This document shows positions 25,301 to 36,145 of a DNA stretch of 64,000 bases, piece after piece. The notes under the pieces are model-generated. The model searched no databases, had not been told where the DNA came from, and saw only the letters and a program-made list of their open reading frames with translations. The stretch is from positions 62,001 to 126,000 of the forward strand of contig NW_026867067.1 of assembly GCF_026571515.1 (NCBI RefSeq), read 5' to 3'. The DNA is from Ruditapes philippinarum. Its lineage: Eukaryota. A program made the translations under genes and the position numbers. Within the stretch, counting starts at the first letter, position 1. The number at the start of each line of letters is the position of its first letter.

Positions 25301-28300
25301 TCACTTAATAAAATAGTCTCTTAACAAAATTTTGCTAATTTTGAACAAAAACAATCATTTGTGTTAACTTGTATTACGTGTTTGTATTTCATGTCAGTAG
25401 TATGAATATTATTTTTTAAAGTCATCAATCTGTGTGGCATTTTCGTATTGAAAGACTGTGAATAGTACATTAAAATATCAAGAGCTTTATCACATAACGC
25501 ATGATGTATGCATTGCATAATGACTAATGATAAAAATAAAGTATAGCATAAAAGAAATGAGCCGTGCCATGACAAAACCAACATAATGGGTTTGCGACCA
25601 GCATGGATCCGGACCAGCAGGAGAGAAGTAGAGAACAGCATGGATCCTGATCAGACTGCGCGGATGCGCAAGCTGGTCTGGATCCATGCTGGTCGCAAAC
25701 CCATTATGTTGGTTTTGTCATGACGCGGCTCAAATATCCACTGCGTTATCAATTGCCCGATAGATGTGCTTATAGGTTTAAATGTAAATATTAATATAAA
25801 TATAATAACGATTGTCCTTGGAAGTGATTTGACGATAACACTCCTTGCGGAACCAGTTACGTAGATAACCAGCATATCAGCGTAAGATACGCACAGAAAT
25901 CAACTTTTTTACAAAGATTTTGTGCAGAAGTTGCGTAGATAAAGGTTTAAGGTATATGTTATGAATACAATAATTTTGTATGCGTAGATACGATTAATAA
26001 GTACTGCTACTTTAATTTTCAGTGACCAGCACCGTTTTCATCTTTGTAATTACTATGGTCGTTGCGTAAGTTCCCTTTTTAAATTTTCATTAGTTTGCCA
26101 CGTTGATCTCTCAAGTCTTTATTACTTTTAAATTTATCAATTCTTTTTTTTAAGTTTATTTCGAATCTAAACGGTCTTTTAAGATGCTACATTTAAGAAA
26201 CATCCATGCTATTTATTTTGGCAACGTTCATATTAGGAAATTTACAGTAGCATATTTCAATTTTTAGGCAATTTACAGTAGCATATATCAATTCTAAGGC
26301 AATTTACAGTAGCATCTATCAATTATAAGGCAATCTACAGTAGCATATATCAATTTTTAGGCAATCTACAGTAGCATATATCAATTCTAAGGCAATCTAC
26401 AGTAGCATATATCAATTTTTAGGCAATTTACAGTAGCATATATCAATTTTTAGGCAATTTACAGTAGCATATATCAATTTTTAGGCAATTTATAGTAGCA
26501 TATATCAATTTTTAAACAATTTACAGTAGCATATATCATCTTTAAGGGAATTTACAGTAGCATATATCAATTTCAAGGCAATCTACAATATTTGATTACC
26601 AACATTGACCACTGTACATTTACTTTCCCATTTATTTTAACAGCCGGCACAGTCGCATCGACATGAATTTAAAGAGAAAGATGAGGATATGCTGTGTATG
26701 TTTTAGAAGGTGCTGCAGATGTTGTATTGGTAAGATTTACTTTCTTAAACACATTTTCATTATACATCATTTCATTAAAATCATTTTTTTCTTCAGATTT
26801 TTCTTTTCAAATTGTTAAGGAACCGGTTTGTCTTTGACTATAAACTCTTAAATGTAACAGTTACAAGGACTACTTGTGACCTCGGACGAGTTTTCTAAAA
26901 TTTAAGTCTTTTAATATGGTCTGAATGAACTCCTTTTTGTAAAGGGCTTGCATGATATTAATTAATACAGAAACTGATCTATTTTAAGAATATTTGCCGA
27001 GTTCTGAATCGGATTCCGATTCGGATCTTGAAAGAAGTATTCAGCGAAGCAGACGAGATGTTGGCGGCCTTGACCCTTTTGGTAGGAGGCGGAGGAGTGA
27101 TGAGCGACCTACCCTTGCAGATGGATGTAAGTTGCATATAAATTGGCACGTCATATCTTAGATCATTAAGAAGTATTAACTTTAAATCAAAGTTAACTCT
27201 TTATAGATTATTCGAGTATATGGGCAAAACTGATTGTTGCTTCACTTCTGCACGAATTTTGTTCTCAATAACGTAGCACTGTTTTAATACCCAAATGTCT
27301 AAAATGTTCATCCTTACATTTCATGAGATTTTTTCATAAAAACTGTGTTTTAAAAATTATGACAATTCTGTCTCAGTCCTTTACATAGCCACGTGATTAA
27401 CCTTATATATCACGTGATGTTTCTTTTCTTTTTACAGTGCGATCAGAACGAGATTCTCGTCCGAATGAAGTTCAACAAGCGCTGGAACGCATTGCAATAG
27501 AGGAGTCCAGACAGAACTATCAGATGAATATTGCTCAGGGTTCAGGTTTGTTGTCTATCATAAAAGATTCTTTGACGTCATTCTCTGCTTTTTATGAAAA
27601 ATCATTGGATGATGAATTAATGTAATAAATCATCTAGCCTGCCTGGGAAAAGAATGTGTTCATCATTTTAAGCATTTTTATCTTCTTTTGGGGAAATATT
27701 GGGAAGGATAAGTGTTCTAGTCCGTCTGGAAAAGGGGTTTTGTACATAATTTGCAGTATTTAGAGGGGAAGTATTAGGGAAAGATTTCAAAGAAATCTTT
27801 GCAGTAGTCTGTCATTTTCTGTATACATGTATTATGGAAAATGCTGCTTCACAAAATTGCAATCGTGTAAATGACTTTGTCTATACACAGTTTCAAAGAT
27901 ATTAGCGTTTTCTCTGCCCTTTTGTCTTTTCTTGAACGATATTTGGAACGATTTCAAATATGTCACTGCATTTTTCATTGGAAAAAAATCCTACACATGT
28001 AAAACAAGTTGTGACGAGTCTCAAAAATATCCGTAAAATCTCTCATAAAAGTTTTTCTTATTGTATTAATATGTAATAACTCATACATTTTAGGAACAAA
28101 CGATGGTGGTCAGTTCAATGCCTTATTTTCACAACCAGGTGATAATATTGATGAGATAGGCCTTGGATTTCCAACAATTGATGTAGGAGAAAGTAGTTCT
28201 GGGCCGCAAGGAGCAGAAGGAGGTGCTGCTCCAACAACGGTAAACGATGATCTAGCAATGCTGAGAGAGGTTGAATCGTGTATGTATACTATTTTGGCTA

Positions 28301-29610
28301 TTCCAGTGAAAAGGTCTGTTTTAAATGACAGGGAATTATTATTTCTAGAATACCTTAAAAACCAATATATATTGACTTCCATAAACATAATTTAAAATTT
28401 ATATCATCAGAGAAAATCAAAGGAATCATCTTTTTTTCGGATATTGACGGTAATTAAAGATACGTGAACCATGATACATGTATATTTGTATTTCGTTCTT
28501 TCCTGCTCACTCTAAATGCAGACATAAATCATGTGTATATATTTTTTAGTGCTTGATCGCCATCATCGACATTTAGGACGTGACGTCATCCCTCTTCAAA
28601 TATCGAGAGAAAATATTTTAGAGAATTTGATTGGTTATTATACTGAAGAATCTCTCGCAAGATCTCGCATTACTGTGAAGTTTATCGGTGAGGAAGGCAT
28701 GGACTGTGGTGGTGTCACCTACGATATGTTTACAACATTTTGGTACCGAGCTCAAGAGGAATTTTTCATTGGTTACGAGGCAGTGGTTCCGTATCTTCCC
28801 CCTCAAAGATTCACAGACGATTCAAAATATCGAGTTCTCGGTCGCATATTATCCCATTCCATTGCCGTTATGAAAGAATTTCCGATACATATGTGTAAAA
28901 GCACGATTATCGCGATGATCTACGAAACTACTGATGTTTCGGCAGAAATTCTACTTGAAGATTTCCTGTACTTTCTGGACAGCCATGATCGTAATTTGGT
29001 TACCACGGCAATAAACGATTACAGCAGTTTAACTTCAGATCAAGCAGACGAACTTATGACCATATTTGAAAGGTATGAATATGCGATCAGAATAACAGCC
29101 GAGAACTTTAAGCATCACGTGACTCAATTGGCACGCCACGTGACCTGTATACGCCCAAAACCATTGCTTGACAAAATGAGATCGGGTATACCACAGTCTC
29201 ATTTGGAACATTTTTGGTCGAATTTCCATTTAAAAACCCTCGGCATCCTGTTTAGAGCTCTGAAACCAACTCCGGAAAGAGTTATCGCGCGCTTAAAAAC
29301 TTCCGATGACAATCCGCGTCTTTCTCGGCATCAAAGACGGGTATTCGATTTTCTTAAAGACCTGCTGAAAGAAATGTCGGAACCAGAGCTTGAGACTTTC
29401 CTTCATTTTGTAACAGGAAAGAAGTCCATACCACGAGAGAAGATAACTATTGAGTTTACAACAGAAACAGGGAAGCTTAGATTACCAAAGGCTCACACAT
29501 GTTCAAACATGATGGAGTTGCCAGCATCATACGAAGATTACGAAACCTTTCGCTCCGAGCTCAAACATCTTTTGGCATCCGATGAAGCACTGAAAATGTC
29601 AATGGAGTAG
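22393..29610 (+). CDS. Type-I membrane protein: 3 Ig-like domains + TM + Cys-rich segment + UIM-like motifs + HECT E3 ubiquitin ligase domain (~892 aa plus an unplaced signal-peptide exon)
   Basis: Exons 22393-22722, 22970-23281, 23422-23742 (GC donor), 24665-24757, 26023-26065, 26644-26729, 26989-27126, 27438-27545, 28094-28279 and 28550-29610 splice in frame without stops. V-set motif FSAIILNLQRQRNGTYVC; 9 N-glycosylation sequons in the ectodomain; TM ALVIVICISVTSTVFIFVITMVVA; HECT motifs VKFIGEEGMDCGG, FLHFVTG and LPKAHTCSNMMELP. Confidence 0.85.
24080..24580 (+). mobile_element. Degenerate tRNA-derived (Meta-like) SINE interrupted by a MITE
   Basis: A box ttagctcaa and B box ggtttgatcc. 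The body resumes after 24447 (gtccctcaccgttgattca...). Confidence 0.5.
24209..24443. mobile_element. Palindromic MITE, GAG..CTC termini, 4-bp TSD ATTT (Sola2-like)
   Basis: gagccgcgtcacgacaaaaccaacataatg... with an inverted arm; attt on both flanks. Confidence 0.88.
25559..25731. mobile_element. Same MITE family, internally deleted, TSD AAAT
   Basis: gagccgtgccatgacaaaacc...gacgcggctc with aaat on both sides. Confidence 0.88.
26235..26590. repeat. Intronic 31-bp minisatellite, ~11 copies
   Basis: ggcaatttacagtagcatatatcaattttta repeated head to tail. Confidence 0.95.
28550..29610 (+). CDS. Terminal exon encoding the entire HECT domain (G2E3-like)
   Basis: LQISRENILE...VKFIGEEGMDCGGVTYDMF...FLHFVTG...LPKAHTCSNMMELPASY, catalytic Cys retained. 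Acceptor attttttag| at 28549. Confidence 0.93.
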
Positions 29611-30701
29611 ATGGCCACGGAATGAACTCTTTGCCAAAATGTTATTTACGATATGATATACATGTATAAGTGAACATTTGGAGTCGAAAAACACTTTATG
29701 ATTGATAAAACGAAAGTGATAAAAATCATGCTCATATCGCATGCACATGACCGGAAGTTAGTGTTATGACTATCACCGTCTATATATAGCATATGTCATT
29801 TTGTTGATTTTATAATTCTGTTTCGCCATTGAACTAAGTACTCTACAAAATCATGCTCGTATTAATTATCAAAATTTTCCGTAGCTTTGATAAAATATAC
29901 ATGTCAGACAAATTTTCATTTCATTTAAATCATGCATTAGAATAACATGAAAAGAAATATCGCGCGTGGTAAATTCATCAGAAAGCAGTTAAAAAATTAA
30001 TCCTAACCAACAAATACTTGTACTGCCAAGTAGGTAAATACACGTATGAAATACATCATTATGACAGCAGCTTCACATATAACTCAATCTTCGCTTTATC
30101 TCGTAGAGAACTGATTGGTCCCTTGAGTGTCCATTTATCGAGTTTCAACCGTATTCCCAATATGTGACGTATGTAATAATACGATGTCGTCATATCTCCT
30201 GATTAAATTGTGTAAAAATGTGTGCTCATAAGGAAATAATGCACTAAAACTTTGTTCTAATTTCGAGACTTTGTTCTGATAGTTAAACTTTGTGTTGATA
30301 ATGAATAATACAACTTTAAACTGATTATGAAACTTTTGTACTCCTAATGTGCTCAGAATGAAGTTTAACTTAGTGATAATTGGGAACACTTTGTAATAAT
30401 AACGAAATTCTTTTCTCACAAATTTGTTTGATAATAAAACATTAACCGGATTATACATACGCTAGTTTATTTATATTAATAATTTTGCATCTGCGTCATT
30501 TATCTATTTTTATATTGATTGCTTATACATGTATGTCCATTTTTGCACATATTTTCAAAGCGTTTGTTATATAATTTGCACATATCAAAATAATAATAAA
30601 CTTTATTTTTGCTTTATATTTTCTCTTCATGCTTTAGAGCCCTCTGTTGGTGGAAACAATACTATTTATAGCTCAACAATAGAACGACATCATTGCAAGC
30701 G

Positions 30702-30780
30702 TATGGAAAGCCATGGCTGTCTGATATTGTTCTGTTTCAATTTATGTAACCATTTGGATGACAAATAATTTCACTTCGAC
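30702..30780. mobile_element. Solo terminal fragment of the foldback element at 32216-34823
   Basis: tatggaaagccatggctgtctgatattgttc...aaccatttggat matches its TIR. Confidence 0.8.
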
Positions 30781-32215
30781 CGTAACTATTTTCGTACAGT
30801 AGCGTATGAAATTACAACTTCATTCACAACGGCGAAATAACGTCATTCAAAGCATGCCATTGTATAGCACGCGACTCATCTGGCACCCCCATGACAGATG
30901 AAAAATCCGGCATGGGTAAAATAAACGGAAACACCAGTCTGATATGCAAGAAATACTCTGTCAAATCATTGTAATAGTTTATGTTTATAAATGAAAGTCT
31001 GGGTTTCTATTTAGTGATATAAAACCCATAGTATTCAGAGTATATCACTCATAGTGTTGTTAACATAGCTTTGCCGATTTTTTTGTGGCCTACGTATTAA
31101 GTTATGATTCCGTAAGTTTCCCTATAAATGTATTGTGTATCTTGTTCTTTCAAAGCATATTTCTCGATTCAATGACAATTACTGCACTAAAGTATTTTTT
31201 TCCTCCGCAATGATGACATTATTCCGCTGTTAAACTCATTTTTTAAGTAACAACTGCGCTGATAAACTTTTTCGGGAAACCTTTAACCCTTGACAGACAT
31301 TTGCTCAATCGTATTTTAAGTACCGTAAGAAAGAGAATTTCAAGGAAATTTATGAGTTGACAAATTTAATTTCATCTGTTCAAACGACACTTGATATATT
31401 GTCCTTGTGACAGTGAACACTTTCAGGGCTTACTTACTTTAAGTAATTAGACAATAATCCCATTTAGTCTTTCGATTGTTATTTTATTTCCAATGTCAAG
31501 TTGTTTTCCAAGTATTTCTCTTTAATTATATACATGTATATAGTAACATTTAGGTGCTAATATACATTATATGAATCAGAATAAACACTTTAATGACAAT
31601 AGAATAAGGAAAATATTACATTACGTTGGTATCATTGTTTAACTTAACGGACATAAAATAGTAAGAGTATATAATTAAGAGACAATTGTTCTGTTAAGTG
31701 AATGTGAGTAAGACCCTTGAAGTTGTTGAAATACAGCAAGGGCTATTTTTTTTATATATCTAACATTTTCATGAAAATTAGAGCAAAAATCTTTGAGGAT
31801 ATGATGTCACAGTTACGCAGTATTTAAATTGTATGTTTATATCATGTCTTGTAAATAAGATGATTTTTGAATGTATTCAAAAATTGATATCTCATTTTTT
31901 ATTTATTCCTGCAATTTTTTGAAACATAAATGTTGGTATTTCTGTGCACATTCATTACCTGAGTATTTTGACCTTATATAAGGATGGTTCCACATACTAT
32001 ATTCAAAAATGCACATCGTATAATGATATATTGACATCATATAAAGACGCATTGACATCAAATTATGGAAAGCCTTGACTGTCTTATTATTATTAACCTG
32101 AACGTTGTTACGTCCAACTAGCAATATATTGAGTCAACCTTTCCGTATATAATGTGCACACATTAATATATTATGTGGATCCATCTTTATATGTAGTCAA
32201 CTGAACAATATTTGA

Positions 32216-34823
32216 TATGGAAAGCCATGGCTATCTTATATCGTTCCTTTCAATTTATGTAACCATTTGGATAATATATGAGTTCACTTCGACTATATAT
32301 GAATTGAAAACACCTTCTTATTTAACCGGAATCCATTATATTAATCCACAGTTACAATATATGAAACCATACTGTCAGTGTATGAAACCGAGTTAGCAAT
32401 ATATAAGTTGATTTTCTCAATATATGATTCCATTTCTTCAATATATGGTACCAAAGTAGCCATGTATGAACCAGATACCCTTATATGAATCCGTATTATC
32501 AATATATTAATTCATTTTTACAATATATGAAACCATTTTATCAATGTATGGAACCAAAGTAGCAATATATGAGTTAGTTATACCAATTATTCAATATATG
32601 GAACCAAAGTAGCAATGTATGGAACCAGGTGTCCTTATATGAAACCAAATTATCAATATATTAATTCATTTTTACAATATATGAAACCATTTTATCAATG
32701 TATGGAACCAACGTAGCAATATATGAGTTGGTTATTACAATATATGATACCAATTATTCAATATATGGACCTAAAGTAACAATGTATGGAACCAGGTGTC
32801 CTTATATGAAACCAAATTATCAATATATTAATTCATTTTTACAATATATGAAACCATTTTATCAATGTATGGAACCAAAGTAGCAATATATGAGTTGGTT
32901 ATTACAATATATGATACCAATTATTCAATATATGGAACCAAAGTAACAATGTATGGAACCAGGTGTCCTTATATGAAACCAAAGTATCAATATATTAATT
33001 CATGTTTACAATATATGAAACAATTTCATCCATGTATTGAACCAAAGTACCAATATATGAGTCGATTATCACATTATATGATACCAGGTCTTCAATATAT
33101 GGTACCAAAGTAGCAATGTATGGAACCAGATGTCCTTATATGTAACCAAATTATCAATATATTAATTCATTTTTACAATATATGAAACCATTTCATCCAT
33201 GTATTGAACCAAAGTATCAATATATAAGTCGATTATCACATTATATGATACCAGGTCTTCAATATATGGTACCAAAGTAGCAATGTATGGAACTAGATGT
33301 CCTTATATGAAACCGAATTATCAATATATTTAATCAATTTTACAATATATGAAACCAGTTTATCAATGTATGTAACCGAAGTAGCAATATATAAGTTGAT
33401 TTTCACATTATATGATACCAGTTCTTCAATATATGATACCAAAGTAGCAATATATTGAACCAAAATGTCATTATATTGACGGGACTTTTTTTAAAGACTG
33501 TATTCTATCCTTGCACCGGTATTACAGTTTCGCGCCAATATTCAAAAGACCAGCGTGCTTCACTGATTGCATACTGCACATTTTCTAAATAAGGAAATAT
33601 TTGAATTTAACGTCACATTCACTTCAAATGGGCTGGGCAGGCAAAACTTATCGTTATATATGTACGAGTTGTATGTCATAATTTAAGCTATTGTGTCGTA
33701 CTGACCATTAACAAAAACATATTTAAAAAATAAGTTCATCTCGACCTTTACCTTTGATCAAAAATGGGCATGGCCAGTAGGACACATCAAGGTTAATCTA
33801 CTCACAAAGTTTAAAAATAATCAGTCAAATAATAATTGATTTCATGAAAAAGTGTATGCATTGTAATAACAGAACCCAGTGACCTCGGCCTTTGACTTGT
33901 TGACATGAAAATAGGCTATTTTGGTTCCATATAATGAAAATTGCTATCATAGACTGTAACATCAACTTATATACTGCTACTTTGGTTCCATACATTAATA
34001 AAATGGTTTCATATATTGTAAAAATGACATAATATATTGATAATTCGGTTTCATATAAGGGTATCTGGTTCCATATATGGCTTCTTTGGTACAATATATT
34101 GAAGAACTGGTATCATATAAAGTGATAATCAAGTCATATATTGCTACTTTGGTTCCATACATTGATAAATTGGTTTCATATATTGTAAAAATGAATTGAT
34201 ATATTGATAATTCGGTTTCATATCAGGACATCTGGTTCCACACATGGCTATTTTGGTACCATATATTGAAGAATTGGTATCATATAATGTAATAACCAAC
34301 TCATATATTGCTACTTTGGTTCCATACATTGATAAAATGGTTTCATATATTGTAAAAATGAATTAATATATTGATAACTCGGTTTCATTTCAGGACATAT
34401 GGTTCCATATATGGCTACTTTGGTATCATATATTGAAGAATTGGTATCATATAATGTAATAACCAACTTATATATTTCTACTTTGGTTTCATAAATTGAT
34501 ACATTGGTTTCATATATTGAAAAATGAATTAATATATTGATAATTCAGTTTCATATAAGTACATCTTGTTCCATACATGGCTACTTTGGTACCAAATATT
34601 GAAGAATTGGAATCATATATTGAAAAAATCAACTTATATATTGCTAACTCGGTTTCATACACTGACAGTATGGTTTCATATATAGTAACTGGATTAATAT
34701 AATGGATGCCGGTTAAATAAGAAGGTGTTTTCAATTCATATATAGTCGAAGTGAACTCATATATTATCCAAATGGTTAAATAAATTGAAAAAGAACAATA
34801 TCAGACAGCCATGGCTTTCCATA
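32216..34823. mobile_element. 2.6-kb foldback element (TATGG..CCATA, IS3EU-like) whose arms are inverted satellite arrays (21-bp subunits, ~168-bp higher-order unit)
   Basis: TIRs tatggaaagccatggct / agccatggctttccata. The left array (~32340-33470) is the reverse complement of the right array (~33920-34700), with a unique spacer between. No clear TSD. Confidence 0.85.
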
Positions 34824-34967
34824 TATATGTCCCTATATGCATGTTCTATTGTTGTTTTTTCTATTTCATACACATAATTATGGCGGACATTCTCTCCATA
34901 GTAACCGCTTATAATATTTACGGCTGAAAGAGTCTTAAATCACCGCAGTTCGTATTTGTTTCATTAA

Positions 34968-35240
34968 AGGCCCATAATGCCAAAGAAATGCTTTTATGAT
35001 TATTTCTCAAAAAGCTATTTAATTTTGGTGTATTTTACAGTATCAGAAAAGTTGGCAAATTACCCGCACCCTATTTTTCATTTGTTGCTTTTTAGCAGTA
35101 CTCATTTAGTATTTTGTAGTTTGCTATATTTTTGACAAGTTATTACATATCGCTACTTTCTTCCGGTAACAAGCATCTAACTTTTTTTCTGAAACCATTA
35201 TTTAAACATTATTAAATTCATCTTTGCTCATTCTGGATGG
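34968..35240 (+). mobile_element. Kolobok-like TTAA MITE, 3'-truncated
   Basis: ttaa|aggcccataatgcc...; colinear with the other copies. Confidence 0.6.
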
Positions 35241-36145
35241 TCAGTTTCTTGCTTGACCACCTCTTCTATATACATACATATACTAAGGAACTAGTGCCAA
35301 TATGAACGAAAAACCCTCATTGACAAGATATTTTGATGACCGATTTATAGAGGTTACTGGCTATGACTTGCTACTCATCATTGTGGGTTCGAATCGTGAC
35401 AATTCTGCCATGAGACAAACCAACGAAACCATCTAGCTTGTTCAGTAGTTTCCAACTTTTAGAAGTTTACCTTTTTGTCCATCTTTGCCTTGAAATAAAA
35501 ATGTATACACGAAAACACTGAAGAGACGCGTGGACGCAGGGTCCATCAGCAAAGTGTTTTGTGCCAAGTAAGGTAAAGTAAAGTAAAACCAAAATAGTGA
35601 TAAAATACATGCAACTTAATTTTCAAGATTCAAGTTATTTAGCCTTTTAAGTTTGTTTTTTTTTTTGTTTGCCTTGATAAAGGAATGACGATATTTACCT
35701 TAAAAACATCGCTATAGGTTAATTGATATTAGCTTTTTTATGACATTAATATTGTTATTTGATTAATAGGAATGTAAATAAAACACGAATAGACTGAGCG
35801 GAAGTGTGTTAATTGCACCAAACCACCTTTTAAATTTATCGTTCATTTTTCTGTTCTCCAATTCACAATTATAATATTAAGATTTTGACCGCCGCTAGCA
35901 GTACAGAATGCGTCGGTATAGTACTCTGATCCGAAATCGATAATCCGTTTCTTATATACTTTTAGTAACATGGTATTTCGAAATCCTTTCCAACATGTAC
36001 ATAGTCTGACTAAAATAGTACTATAATCCGATAGAGAAGACGCCGTCTAAAAAGCGCATGCCCGTACCAGTTCGCTGTAGACATAGGTCAGGCAAGACAA
36101 GACAAAAAGTAAATTAATTAGGAATTATTACAATTGGAAATTGTT

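Noticed and set aside
26235-26590. CRISPR-like regular 31-bp repeats (also 1-1060 and 54575-55135)
   Set aside because: Head-to-tail repeats without unique spacers, no cas genes, eukaryotic intronic context.
28531-29610. Stand-alone 359-aa HECT gene starting at the ORF's Met
   Set aside because: The first residues (MCIYFL) derive from the polypyrimidine tract. A phase-compatible acceptor at 28549 joins it to upstream exons.
32698-34734. Repetitive Tyr-rich ORFs (MYGTKVAIYELV..)
   Set aside because: Satellite arms of the foldback element, with frequent stops and frameshifts.
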